Below, piece after piece: positions 12,178 through 25,353 of a DNA stretch of 64,000 nucleotides. The notes beneath the pieces were generated by a model. That model was not told the DNA's origin. It made no database searches and worked only from the letters and a program-made list of their open reading frames with translations. The stretch spans positions 99,721,269-99,785,268 of the forward strand of contig NC_068982.1 of the NCBI RefSeq assembly GCF_001194135.2, written 5' to 3'. The translations under genes and the position numbers were made by a program. The DNA comes from Octopus bimaculoides. Lineage: Eukaryota. The stretch's first letter is position 1. Each line of letters opens with the position of its first letter.

Positions 12178-12650
12178 GACATGGCTGTGTGGTAAGAACT
12201 TTGCTTCTCCACCACATGGTTTCAGGTTCAGTCCTTGTGCATGACAATTTAGTCAAGTGACTTTCACTATAGACCTGGGCTGGATTTGGTAAGCAGAAAC
12301 TTAAAGAAGCACATCGTGTGGGGGGGGGGATGCATATATGCATGCATCCATGCATGTGTGTGCATATGTGCATGCATGTGTGTGTGTGTGTGTGTGTATG
12401 CAAGTGTGATTGTTTGTGTCTCCTTGCATTGATACTGGGTGTGTGGTTGTTTCAAATGAATGTCATTCATTTCCAACATTAAGCAAAAACATGTTTGGCT
12501 AAGAGGAAAAATATAACTTCTTTGGAAGCAAGTAAGGTTTGATGACAGAAAGAGTATCCAACCTTTGAAAGTCTGCTTCAAAAACCTATGTCCAACCCAT
12601 GCAAATATAGAACACCAGACATTAAAACATTGATGATAATGATGATTACG
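12178..12650 (+). mobile_element. SINE family A head followed by a (GAT)n-tailed retroposon 3' end
   Basis: Head catggctgtgtggtaag...; the tail segment is repeated at 13164-13300 and in reverse at 27510-27745 and 32140-32350. Confidence 0.6.
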
Positions 12651-13115
12651 ATGATGTAATATATGCAATAAGTTTCTGATTCTCATTTCAATTGGTGAAA
12701 GAATGTAATGTAAAATTGCATGATGAATTTCATAAAGTAATGCTTCAACCAAAGCCTAAACTCACCTTTACATAAAGCAACATTCACATCCAGCAATTTA
12801 AACCACGTGAGAAGTGTTTGAGCAGACTTAAGATTAAGGCGTTCTGTATCAAGGACTATACATTGCATTCCTGTTTTTTATTATTTTTTTGGAAGTTATT
12901 ATTTTATTGTAGATGTGTACTTAACAGTGTAATTTTGTTACTGTATGATCTGATTTTACGTCTCAGCAAAGTTGTCTCTGTTGTTTTACACTTCTGGTAT
13001 CAATAAGACAAGTGGCTGTTATAATATAGAAACAGTTCAAATGACAATTTTGTAGCTTTATAAATCAGACGAAAATTCAATATCTCAATATCCCAACTAA
13101 GAAAATGCATGATAA

Positions 13116-13165
<50 letters not shown>

Positions 13166-13640
13166 CAAGTGTGATTGTTTGTCTCCTTGCCTTGATACTC
13201 TGTGTGTGGTTGTTGCAAATGAATGTCATTCATTTCCAACATTAAGCAAAAACATGATTGGCTAAGAGGAAGGAGGCCTTTACATGGACAATCAACATGC
13301 TAGAAAGTTACATTCAAATACCTTTTAAAATAATAATAAAAACAGGAATGATATGGTATGCAATGTTTCGGCCTTGAACGCCTTAATCTAAGCCTGCTCA
13401 AATACTTCTCACGCGGTTTAAAACACTACACATGAAAATAATATTACTCACTGACCAAGGTCATTTTTAGCTCTCATGGCAATGATATTTCTTACCGGCT
13501 ATTAACTATGTTAATACCAACTTAACCAAGAGAATTTGAGTTTATCTAAACGCAGAAAAAGAAAACGAAAAAAGGGAGCAAGGTAGACAACTCTTGCCAT
13601 ACCTTAGAATATGTCAATTCTGAAATGACGAACAATATTT

Positions 13641-13869
13641 AAAACCCTTTTGTTATTATATTTCTGTTGAAAATATCATGCCTTTATTTAAATTAATTTC
13701 AAAACTAATTCCAAATTTAGTGAAACAGCTATCACAATGAAGCTGATACTTATAACATAAATAAACATGATATCTTAACAGAAGGTTTCAATTTATACTA
13801 CTTAAAAATTAGAAATCTGTTTCATAGAACTTGGGGCAATCGAAGATAGTTTGGTTTCAAAAGAGTTAG
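13641..13869. mobile_element. TTAA/CCCTTT-type MITE-like element (~230 bp)
   Basis: aaaacccttttgtt ... ttcaaaagagttag terminal inverted similarity. Confidence 0.45.
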
Positions 13870-13959
13870 CTAACAACATAATCCAACCTTGCTCACTTTT
13901 ATTAATGCCTAAACTAAAAATAATCACAAAATTTCCCTTGTACGTTTGAATAGATTGCT

Positions 13960-14394
13960 TTAACCCTTCAGCTAATGCTTATTCATTCACATTCATCATT
14001 ATCATCATCGTTTAACGTCCGCTTTCTATGCTGGTATGGGTTGGACGATTTGACACGGAGCTGGCTTGCAAGGAGCTGTCCAGACTCCAGCTGTCTGATG
14101 AGACATAGCTTCTACAGCTAGTTGCCCTCCTTCATTCCAACCGCTTAACAGTGTGCTGGGTGCTTTTTACATGTTGCTAGAACAGGTGTATTAACGAAGT
14201 ACTGGCTTGGGTGCTTTTCACATTGTTTTGAGTTAGCCATGCGTTATCTCAAAACTTCAAGAATTCAATGATGTGATTGTAAGTTTTTAGAATGATATCG
14301 TTGGGTAGGTGTGAGACTAGATCTAGCTGGTTTGAACACAAAACATGTAGAATATTTGAGTCGGATATGGCTGGTTTAAACACTAAAAGGTTAA
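13960..14394. mobile_element. piggyBac-type MITE interrupted by a 5'-truncated retroposon (13994-14216)
   Basis: ttaacccttcag ... ctaaaaggttaa ends. The insert is flanked by TTCACATT at 13986-13993 and 14217-14224. Confidence 0.7.
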
Positions 14395-14541
14395 AAGATA
14401 TCTTTGTCATTCAGAATTGTTGCAGAATTGAAGATAGGTCGAATTGAGCTTTTAAAAAATGCTCAGATAGGAAAAAAAATGGGAACAATTCCTGGTAAGA
14501 ATGTGCTTAGTTTCAAAATACTGATCTAATTAATATAATTA

Positions 14542-14918
14542 CTCTCTCTTTTACTTGTTTCAGTCATTTGACTGTGGCCATGCTGGAGCACCGCCTTTAG
14601 TCAAGCAAATCGACCCCAGGACTTATTCTCTGTAAGCCTGGTACTTATTCTATCGGTCTCTTTTGACCGAACCGCTAAGTTACAGGGACGTAAACACACC
14701 AGCATCGGTTATCAAGTGATGTTGGGGGGACAAACACAGACACACAAACATATACACACATATATATATACATATATACGACGGCCTTCTTTCAGTTTTC
14801 CGTCTACCAAATCCACTCACAAGGCTTTGGTTGGCCCGAGGCTATAGTAGAAGACACTTGCCCAAGATGCCACAGAGTGGGACTGAACTCAGAACCATGT
14901 GGTTGGTAAGCAAGCTAC
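14542..14918 (-). mobile_element. SINE family A, young copy (a second, older copy follows at ~14946-15285)
   Basis: High similarity to the 57503-58090 copy. Confidence 0.85.
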
Positions 14919-15383
14919 TCTGATTTATTTTCTTAATCTTTTATATTTTACTTGTTTCAGTCATTAGAGTGCAGCCATGCAAGAGCAATGCCTTGAGGGT
15001 TTAGTCAAACAAATCAACCCAAGTACTTCTTAGTCTTTTAAGTCCACACTGATTCTATCAGTTTGTTTTGCTGGACTGTCAAATTACAAGGACGTAAACA
15101 AACCAACGCCAGTTGTCAGTGCGGGTTGAACAAATACACACGAACACACATACAAGAGGCTTCCACACAGTTTCTTTCAACCAAATCCACTCGTAAGGCA
15201 TTGACTGGCCCAAAGCTATACAAGCCAATGAGTCACACAGTGGAACTGAACCCATAAAGCAGGTTTCTTCACTATACAGTCATGCCTGTGCCTAATCATT
15301 TACTTTTTCCAATGATCATTGCAGCGCTCGGTAGGCATTCACTATTCTTAGTTTTTCTAAGGATCTAGAAAATATCTAAGAAA

Positions 15384-15770
15384 GTTGTTGTTGTTGTTGG
15401 CACTCCGTCGCTTACGACGTCAAGGGTTCCAGTTGATCTGATCAACGGAACAGCCTGCTTGTGAAATTAACATGCAAGTGGCTGAGCACTCCACAGATAC
15501 GTGTACCCTTAACGTAGTTCTCGGGGATATTTAGCGTGACACAGTGTGACAAGGCTGACCCTTTGAAGTACAGGCACAACAGAAACAGGAAGTAAGAGTG
15601 TGAGAAAGTTGTGGTGAAAGAGTACAGCAGGGTTCGCCACCATCCCCTGCCGGAGCCTCGTGGAGCTTCAGGTGTTTCACTCAATAAACACTCACAACGC
15701 TCGGTCTGGGAATCGAAACCGCGCTCCTATGACCGAGAGTCCGCTACCCTAATCACTGGGCCATTGCGCC
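15384..15770 (-). mobile_element. tRNA-derived SINE family B, (CAA)n tail
   Basis: A box TGGCCCAGTGA and B box GGTTTCGATTCCC. Near-identical to the 33216 and 45563 copies. Confidence 0.9.
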
Positions 15771-17289
15771 ATCTGAGCAAATAACTTAGCCTAAAATCTC
15801 CTTGAAAACATGTGACCCTATCTAAAATTTCAATTCCTGTAGCCTGCTGCTTAGAACATTTACACACGTTCATTTTTATATATTAAGATTTCACAGAACA
15901 GAGCTATAAAAATTTTATGATTTTTTTTTTTTTTTTTTGTGTGTGTATAACTTTTATATATGATTGAATATACTCAAAATCGTCATCATTTAACATCCAC
16001 TTCTCCATGCTTGCCATAGGTCAGACAATTTCTTGGGGCAGATTTTCAACCACTGGATGCCATTCCTATTACCAACTTCACTTGTATGATGATATTGCTA
16101 ATTTACAACCATAATGTGATGTCTAGGCAAAGATATGCACACACACACACATGTAAATATACATATCACAGGCTCTTATCAGTTTCCATCCACTAAATCC
16201 ACTCATAAAGCTTTGGTCAGCCCAGAGCTAAAGTAGAAGGCACCACACAATGGGAGTGAACCCTCAACTACATGGTTGGGAAGCAAGTTTCTAAACCACA
16301 CAGCCACAGCTGTGCTGTTATTTTCTATTATTTCCATTAACTGTTTTCAATTTCTGTTTGTAATATTCTTTTTCATTGGTGTATTTTCAATACCATTTCA
16401 GAAGTGGGGTCACATGTTCCCTTTCTTTTGTTGGGTGTTTTCTGCTATAAGAGTGGTTATTTGCAAATATCAATTTAACAAAAAAAAAAAAAAAAAAGTA
16501 GATAATGTTCTTAGCAAGCTTTTAAAATGTTCAATTATTGAGAATAGACAGCAAACAGTATGCTGCCTTGAGCATGTAATAAGAATAAAAGTTGTACATT
16601 GGATGAATAAATGTTGTGAATTAAAGTTGAAGATTGCATATTATGAAGATATATCAAAAGAAAATGTTGAAATATAAGCATTTAGATGTTTTAAAAAGAC
16701 ACAAGATCAAAGCACATGTAACAATGCCATATTGCAAATCCTAACGAATACCAAAATAAACAGTGAAGACTTTTAATCAACAACAATGACCAGAAGTATT
16801 AGATGTGCAACAGCTATCATTTTTTAAATCTACTTTCTTCATTCCAAGTAAAAACACACACCACCACCTTTCATAATTGATAGGTTAATATTAAAAGTTA
16901 CACTTCGGACTAAATTTATATACTTGTTAATGTTTTCAGAGATTACATCGTCCCCAGTGTTCAACTGGCACTTATTTTATCATTCAGAGTTGATGATAAA
17001 TAAGTACCAGTTGAACACGGGGTTGATGTAATCGACTTATCCCCTGCCCCGAAATGGCTGGCCTTATGCCAAAATTTGGAATCAATATTTTTAGCAGAAC
17101 TATTCAATTTATGTTATGACTACTCCATGTATGCCAGACCTAGGGACAATAAGTGGAACTAAGAATATAACAAATTAAGGAGAAATCTTCATTTCTGAAA
17201 GATAAAAATAAAAATAGAATAAACAAATAAAATAATAAAGATTTAAATTAAAGCAAACAAATAAAAAAAGCAAAACTCAAGACACTTTG

Positions 17290-20200
17290 GGTGAAGTTTA
17301 ATTTAAAATTTATTTTTAAAGGCAAAATGGACAGTTGGCCTTTGTATATTGTTTGAAACACACAATAGAACACATTTGTACAGTTTTTGAAAGGACGCTG
17401 CTGGCATTTAAAATAGAAAGAAATATCAAAGCATTCTCAGCAAATAAACAATTGAATTTTAATTGGGCTCTACTGAGTCACTGACAAAATTAGCAATCGT
17501 AACAGTGCAAAAGTATAGTTTGTGGAGAGGACATGCAGAAGAGAGGAAGAGAGTGAAAAGAGAGAGAGAAGTTAAGCCAGTGGATCGAATCAGAGAAACA
17601 ATATGGCATTTTGTTGGAGGCAGCCAAAACAGATACACATGCACACATAGAGGTGAAGGGTTCAAATCTGAAGACATTAGGGGTGAGAAAAAAAAAAAAA
17701 AGACAGAAAAGAAATGAAAGAAACATTTTTTTTTTCTAAAGCCAACATTTTAGATCAATTGGAAAAAAAAAAAATAACCCACAAATAACACTAATGAAAT
17801 ATTTGACAAATTCAGGAAAAAATTTTTAAATAATTCCTTATAAAGAGTTTTTATAAAAAAAATATATAAGTCAAATGTTCAGAGTTTCAGGAATGTAGAG
17901 TAGGGATTAGTCAGAAGGTTTCAAAAACCAACTTAGCAGCTAGCAAAGGTACATGACGCCAAACTATTTCATTACATAAGTACTATGGCAAAAGAGAATC
18001 CTAATAATTAAAAAGAATTTGCCAGATTTTTTCAATAAAAAAAAAATCTTCAATTTACATTTTAGAAATTAGTAATAAGAAATTAGTAGAAATATAGTAA
18101 TTGATCACAAAAAATAAATAAATAAGTAAACCAGAAAGTGTGAAAATAAAAGATATATAAGTAGTGTGAAAATAGCATGTTCCTAATTCTATATTCTAAT
18201 CCAGAAGCTCAATTCAAAACACTAATTAATACAAAGAATGATAATTGCAAGATTCATTAAAATCAAAGCTAATGAAATATCAAACTGATTTTCTTAATTT
18301 ATAGCATTTGAAAGACTCATCTAATTAGGCAATGAAAACAAAATATTTATTGGAACAAATTTTCTCTTTTAGTATACTTTGGTTGTATTACAGATCGGAA
18401 ACATAATTTGGAAGTGTTGACTTAATATTGTCTTTTCTCAATATTTATTTCAATAAAATAAAATGTTTAGTTAGTTTAACAGTCATTATTAGTACAGTCA
18501 GATTATGAAACAACACAATTCTCAACAGCTTATTTATCATTCATAATACTATATTATCCACTGAGTTCTATTCAACAGTAGAGGTTTAGCGTTCAGAAAA
18601 GGGAGAGAATTCAAAGCCTTACAATAAGAAACTTGACGTGAAAACTTTTTGCCTATTCTATTTCCTCTTGCTCAATACTAAATTATTTGGAAGGCTTGAC
18701 TGAATAATTGTTTAAAGAAAAATTAATTAATTAATAATCAAGTTTCCTTTCTTTCAAATCTAACTTGTGAATTTATTACATTTATTCCCCAGTAATTACA
18801 TAAATTGTTTTATAAGTAAAGCACATTGATTAAGTTATCTTGTAGCTAATTGGTTGTGTATTTGTATTTTGTCACAAGAGCTGTGTTGTTGTTAGCAAAT
18901 CACTTGACAGTACATGCCTCAATCTAGGAATGGAGAGACACGTGTTAGGTTCTTATAGTCCTAGAAACATCTAGTCAAAGGTACTAATAACATAAAAATA
19001 TTAAAAGATGAAGTTCAATTCAAGATGCTTCATGGAATCAAAATACTAAAGGTAAATGTGATGTTACTGATATACATATAAACAGCAAACCTAAATGATC
19101 TGCCCCATTAAAAAAATAAAATTCAATATTCACATATAAATATATATCAAAGATAAAAATGACAATTTATCCATATTAGGTGATTGAACAAAACAGTACG
19201 AAAATTAACTGAGGCATCATAGTTATAAGCATAATAGTCTCAAACTTCTGAAGATGTTTAGTTAAAAATGAAACATTAGAGAAAACTTCATTTTGTAATG
19301 TTTCTTTTTTATTTTTAAAATTTTTTTTACATATTTTCTCAAGTTAAAAAGACAAATATGTGTCTTATTTAAAAATCTACTAGAAAGAAAATAAACATTC
19401 CTCTCAATAGATGTCAAGATGTTTCATTCCATACTTACTAATGTGGGATGAAATTAGAAAAAGAACAATGCATCAACAAGACTTTAGAAGTAGAATATAC
19501 AAGTGAGACCAACTGCTTAAGGTTTTACATTCTGTGATAAATTACATGATATTATCAACAGAAAGAAACAGCATCCATGTAGTAGTTACAAGATCACACT
19601 AAAATACAAACATTAGTAGCTAGAGGCTAAATCCAAAGAAAAATTAGATACATATAATACAGCCTGTAGTAAACAACCTCTTTGAACAATCATTACATAT
19701 ACATACATATACACACGCACACATAGACACACACACACATATACATATATATTTTATATATATATATATANNNNNNNNNNNNNNNNNNNNNNNNNNNNNN
19801 NNNNNNNNNNNNNNNNNNNNNNNNNNNNNNNNNNNNNNNNNNNNNNNNNNNNNNNNNNNNNNNNNNNNNNNNNNNNNNNNNNNNNNNNNNNNNNNNNNNN
19901 NNNNNNNNNNNNNNNNNNNNNNNNNNNNNNNNNNNNNNNNNNNNNNNNNNNNNNNNNNNNNNNNNNNNNNNNNNNNNNNNNNNNNNNNNNNNNNNNNNNN
20001 NNNNNNNNNNNNNNNNNNNNNNNNNNNNNNNNNNNNNNNNNNNNNNNNNNNNNNNNNNNNNNNNNNNNNNNNNNNNNNNNNNNNNNNNNNNNNNNNNNNN
20101 NNNNNNNNNNNNNNNNNNNNNNNNNNNNNNNNNNNNNNNNNNNNNNNNNNNNNNNNNNNNNNNNNNNNNNNNNNNNNNNNNNNNNNNNNNNNNNNNNNNN

Positions 20201-20947
20201 NNNNNNNNNNNNNNNNNNNNNNNNNNNNNNNNNNNNNNNNNNNNNNNNNNNNNNNNNNNNNNNNNNNNNNNNNNNNNNNNNNNNNNNNNNNNNNNNNNNN
20301 NNNNNNNNNNNNNNNNNNNNNNNNNNNNNNNNNNNNNNNNNNNNNNNNNNNNNNNNNNNNNNNNNNNNNNNNNNNNNNNNNNNNNNNNNNNNNNNNNNNN
20401 NNNNNNNNNNNNNNNNNNNNNNNNNNNNNNNNNNNNNNNNNNNNNNNNNNNNNNNNNNNNNNNNNNNNNNNNNNNNNNNNNNNNNNNNNNNNNNNNNNNN
20501 NNNNNNNNNNNNNNNNNNNNNNNNNNNNNNNNNNNNNNNNNNNNNNNNNNNNNNNNNNNNNNNNNNNNNNNNNNNNNNNNNNNNNNNNNNNNNNNNNNNN
20601 NNNNNNNNNNNNNNNNNNNNNNNNNNNNNNNNNNNNNNNNNNNNNNNNNNNNNNNNNNNNNNNNNNNNNNNNNNNNNNNNNNNNNNNNNNNNNNNNNNNN
20701 NNNNNNNNNNNNNNNNNNNNNNNNNNNNNNNNNNNNNNNNNNNNNNNNNNNNNNNNAAAAAAAAAAAAAAAAAAAAAAAAAATTACATTTTCAACACAGA
20801 GAAGCTGACTGCATTCGAAAGCAGATCATTACTTTCTGCCATTGCTAATGATTACTAATTTAGATGATTATTTCATCTGAATGTTTGTGAGCAGCAATGA
20901 CTGGAGAGAGAGAGACAGAACAGAGAAAGAGTGTATGCATGTATGTG

Positions 20948-21007
<60 letters not shown>

Positions 21008-21316
21008 TTCTGATATTTATATATAGAGCTATTCAAATTTCAATAAGCTACTTGCAGTGGGCTTGAAAGACTGTATGGAAAAGGTTAAATCAAGAAGCAG
21101 TGTTATTTGTAGTAGTGGTAATAGTAGTAGTAGTAATAACAGTTCAAAGTAAAGACCTAGTTGCTGCTATATGTGACCATTGGTATATTAAATAGAATTA
21201 TACCAAAACATCAAAACCACATATGGTTTTAACTATCTAGAAAAGTTCATTTTGAACCACTTGTCCATCACCTTACTGATCAAATGAAATCATTGTTGTC
21301 GTAGATGTATGTTTGT

Positions 21317-21350
<34 letters not shown>

Positions 21351-21459
21351 TGTGTGTGCGTGTATCTGTGCGTTGTGTCTGCATGTGTGTTTAATAATGA
21401 AATATTATTGATTGCATAAGTGGACATGTTGTATTTATACATAGTTGCACATAGCAAAT
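17290..21459 (-). other. Probable long ABLIM 3' UTR (includes gap 19771-20756)
   Basis: No recognisable interspersed repeats after the stop. Minus-strand AATAAA at 17314-17309 followed by a U-rich tract (~17270-17220). The end is not proven. Confidence 0.45.
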
Positions 21460-21573
21460 TTAATACAAGTGGTGTCTTCGCTTCAAGTCATTACGTTTCC
21501 ATTCAGCAAGTCGGTAAAATTCTTCCTGACTCATCTTAAACAATTCATGAAAATCCTCTTTGGCGAGATATAT
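21460..21573 (-). CDS. ABLIM: ABLIM-family terminal exon K, headpiece C-subdomain: IYLAKEDF...LAEWKRNDLKRRHHLY*
   Basis: attatttcag acceptor, open to TAA. Carries the headpiece F..F..L..WK...LK pattern. Confidence 0.95.
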   Translation of the reverse strand: MYLAKEDFHELFKMSQEEFYRLAEWKRNDLKRRHHLY

Positions 21574-21599
21574 CTGAAATAATAATAATAATAATGATG

Positions 21600-21830
21600 A
21601 TGGTTGATGATTTAAAATTTTGACCACAAGGCCAGCAATTTCGGGGGAGGGGATAAATCGGTTACATCAAGCCCAGTGGTATTTATTTTATCAACCCCAA
21701 AAGGATGAAAGGTAAAGTTGACCTCAGCAAAATTTGAACTCAGAACTTAGAGACAGATGAAATGCTGATAAGCATCTTGCCCCCCTGTTAATGATTCTGC
21801 CAGCTCATCGTCTTAACAATAATAAGAAAT
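21600..21830 (-). mobile_element. SINE family C copy in the last ABLIM intron
   Basis: Reverse complement of the unit repeated at 25124-25990. Confidence 0.75.
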
Positions 21831-23170
21831 AATAATAATAATAGGAAGAAACATTTAACCACATTGTTTCTGGTTTCCCAGTGTTAGCCAAAGAGAATGT
21901 ATTTAGAGATATGACACACCAAGGATCTAGTTCAAAACGGGGGCGCCAGTATTTTCTTAACGAAACACTTTGAAACTTGGGACACTGGTAGAATGTGTCA
22001 TATAAAACATCTTTTTCTCTTAGTCTTCTTAAGAAAAATTATTATATTGCAACTTATTTCATGTTAAAGTTGTCGTATTTCTGTAATTTCAACCAATGAC
22101 TGACGTCCGTTCAGCTGAATACAGTAAGTGCTGACTACGTAAATAAACGATTCTCAAACGATTCTGGCGGTGATAAAATTATTATTTCCTTGTCAAAAAA
22201 TGGCTGAAGCATATTGGCAGTAGCTAATAAACCTTTCTATTATAGGCACAAGGCCTGGTTTTTGAGGGAAGGGTTAGGGTTAGGGCAAATGTTGTACACA
22301 TACAGTTCAGGCAGATGTTAACGAAATTATATTAAAAATAAAACGAAGGAAAACGAACACACGTGTGTTGCCTCTCTGCAAAATGTCAGAAGTAATGGAG
22401 ATTAAATACGCTTTACACCGCTTAAACTGCCAAAGGAGTAACTGTAAACAGCTGAATACTTGTCAGTGATTGGTTGAAATTATCGAAATAAGACAATTTT
22501 TTACATGAAATAACTTCGAATACAAAAATTTTTTTCTGTTCTATAACACAAAATAGATAAGTATACGAAGTTTGAAAGTCTTTTGGTACCAAAAACACTA
22601 CATAAAACATGAATGAAAACTGGTGCCCCTGTTTTGAACTAGATCCCACACCAATCAAAAGAGTTTTAATAAGTGGCCATTTACTCTGACCACTAAATAA
22701 ATGTTGCTGTATATTGAAGTAATCCAGCTTCTGGGAATATTTGAAATCAGCTGTCAGCTAATAATGGTGAACCCCATTAAAAGCCTTTAAATGAACTGAA
22801 TTAATCAGAGCTTCACAATCAGCAGCTTGTTACCTGCCCTATCTATGTTGTATCACATGAGTTTGTCATGGACAGATCTACTCAGGATCATGGCTAACTA
22901 TAATTGCAAAATTACTTTTCATTTATTCCTCTTATAATGGTCAGTATGATTTACAAATTCAGATATTTGCATCAAACATGTTTCATATATTGTCAACAAA
23001 ATATGTTGGCAAAATTGATTGGTGATGTAATTAGACAGTTAATTTGGTATTGGAATCCCTTGAAAAACATGCCTATCATAACTTCAAACATGTCATGAAA
23101 TTTGCCAGGATATCACAGCGATAGACACAGGTTAAAGAGGACAGTATCATTAAAGAACAGAAATATTTAC

Positions 23171-23242
23171 CTCCAAACAGTTTCTATCGACATCTTTGGG
23201 TAAGTCAAAGTTGGTAATCTTCAGGCGTTCATAAGGATACAC
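23171..23242 (-). CDS. ABLIM: ABLIM-family exon J, headpiece N-subdomain: VYPYERLKITNFDLPKDVDRNCLE
   Basis: cttcttctatag acceptor and GAG|GTAAAT donor. 72 nt, with YPYE...LPxDVDR..LE villin/dematin headpiece motifs. Confidence 0.95.
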
Positions 23243-24896
23243 CTATAGAAGAAGCATAAGTAGAAAAAAGTCTAAGGAAAAATTTGTTATAGAAAACAAA
23301 TATACAAACAGTCAATGTAAAAAGGTTTATTACAACATGTGAAAGATGACCTGCACCTTTCATTGTCACTACACACAATGAAAAGTTTATCACAATAAGT
23401 TGCTAATTAACACATGATGACTAAGTGTGGTAAAGCCCAAGATATTGATTAGTCAAGATTTTTAGTTAAATTGAATACATTAAAGGAATTAAATTAACTG
23501 GCAATCAAACCTGCATCACAGATTTGGTACCCTGGCGTAGGTTTACCACTACTCTAGAATTTTTGCATTTTTGCTTTTTTTTTGTTATTGTTCCTTGGCT
23601 TCTGGTTGAATTAAGCAGATTTATGATTAGAGATATTCTAGTCATGTCAATCCCATCCCTTTTTGGGTCACAGTGCATCCAGAACCACAACATCCAATGT
23701 ATCTTTCTTCTCTAAGAAGAGAGGATGTACAGAATTTGAGAGAGATATGGCTGCTACTTCTAGCATATCAAGCTCTTATTGATTCCTTTGTCTTTGCATA
23801 AAGGGGAAGCATTTCTCCAGAGTAACTGTCATATAAAGATAATGGACGATGTCTATTTTTAGTAGTTTACTACTGGTTTCAGTAGCTTCTCTGATTTTCT
23901 CCCTTTTTTGATAAGTATATTTTTCCTCTTTGTTTTTATCAATATCTTATATCTCCATTTACTTTTAGTTTGTATTTTCATTAATCTATTTAGCTTTTTA
24001 CCATTCCTCTATGAAGCACTACCACACAAGACTGCACCAGTCAGCCAGTCCTCAAACATGCAATATCACAAGAATGGTACTATGTTTACATTCATCTTGA
24101 AGGAAGTGAGGAGCTCTCTAATGTAAGGAAAAAAAAAACTCTAATTTATTCTACCATTCATTTCCATACTGTAATGGAATCATAACAAGAATGAATTTTT
24201 GACTTAGAAAATTTTCAACAGGATGGTATGGTAAGAGTTAAATGCCATCTAATATTCTGTTTCTCAATTCCATCAGATTATACTTAATGCATTTTGTTCC
24301 AAATATACACCAACCATGCACATGGTGTTGTATGGCATAATTTTTTTGTTTTCCCTGCAGTTATAAATTTTATCTGATACTTGTATACTGAGTACCAGGT
24401 TTAGTTTTAGTATGTGGATGTATTCTATTTCTTCACAGTTATTTCTATGATTTTTTAAGAGTCAATAGAATATTATAGAGATAACAGCACATTAGGTCAC
24501 TTTATTAAAACATATGTTGGTTTCTCTTGAGTTCTTTGATAAAACAACTTGTGAAATGCGCCATGGTCAATTCTTGAGAATAGTTCAGTTGGGAGCATCT
24601 ACTAACCCTTTACAAGTTTCAAAAACGCATACATACAGAAAGGGAAACTTGTTATACAAAAAGTGGACTACAAAATAAGTGTAAGAGGAACTTGTTACGG
24701 AATATATTAAAATAGTAGAACTGATATTTAAAAGAAATAAAGACAGAATCAAAATTAACCATTTAAGATTACAGAGTAATTAGAAAACAAGAACAAAGCA
24801 GAAAAAATAAATTTCAACTCAGTACATTGAGTCCTATAGTTTGGTGTAAGATTTTCATACATATTTCCTTCAATACATTTTAAGAAGTACACTTAC

Positions 24897-25001
24897 AGGT
24901 GGCTCAGATTCTGTATGCCAAGTGTTGCGTTGGTAGGTCATCAGAGATACAGCTGGCCCATCATAAACACCAGGTTCCCCAGCTCTAGAATAACTTGATC
25001 G
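24897..25001 (-). CDS. ABLIM: ABLIM-family exon I: RSSYSRAGEPG...QRNTWHTESEPP
   Basis: ttatttttcag acceptor and T|GTAAGT donor. 105 nt, phase 0-0, open. Confidence 0.9.
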
Positions 25002-25123
25002 CTGAAAAATAAGTTGAAATGTCATTACAGCTTCTGAAAGACTTTACACAAGTAAATAACAAACAATTATACACCTAATTCCTCTTACCCCTCCTCCTCC
25101 TCATTATTACTATTATTATTATT

Positions 25124-25315
25124 AAGATGGCGAGCTGGCAGAATTGTTAGCACACTGTGCAAAATGCTGAGCAGCATTTCGTCCATCTGCCAAGGTCAAC
25201 TTTGCCTTTCTTCCTTTTGGGGTCAATAAAATAAGTACCAGTGAAACACTGGGGTCGATGTAATCAGTTTACTCCCTCCTCCACACTTTCAAACCTTGTG
25301 CCTATAGTAGAAAGG

Positions 25316-25353
<38 letters not shown>

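Noticed and set aside
15700-15770. tRNA-like A/B-box sequences here and at 33216 and 45563
   Set aside because: They are SINE heads attached to a shared 380-bp body with TSDs, not tRNA genes.
16953-17020. Small perfect-looking hairpin resembling a pre-miRNA
   Set aside because: Both arms are the SINE C core (aaataagtaccagttgaacac) in inverted orientation.
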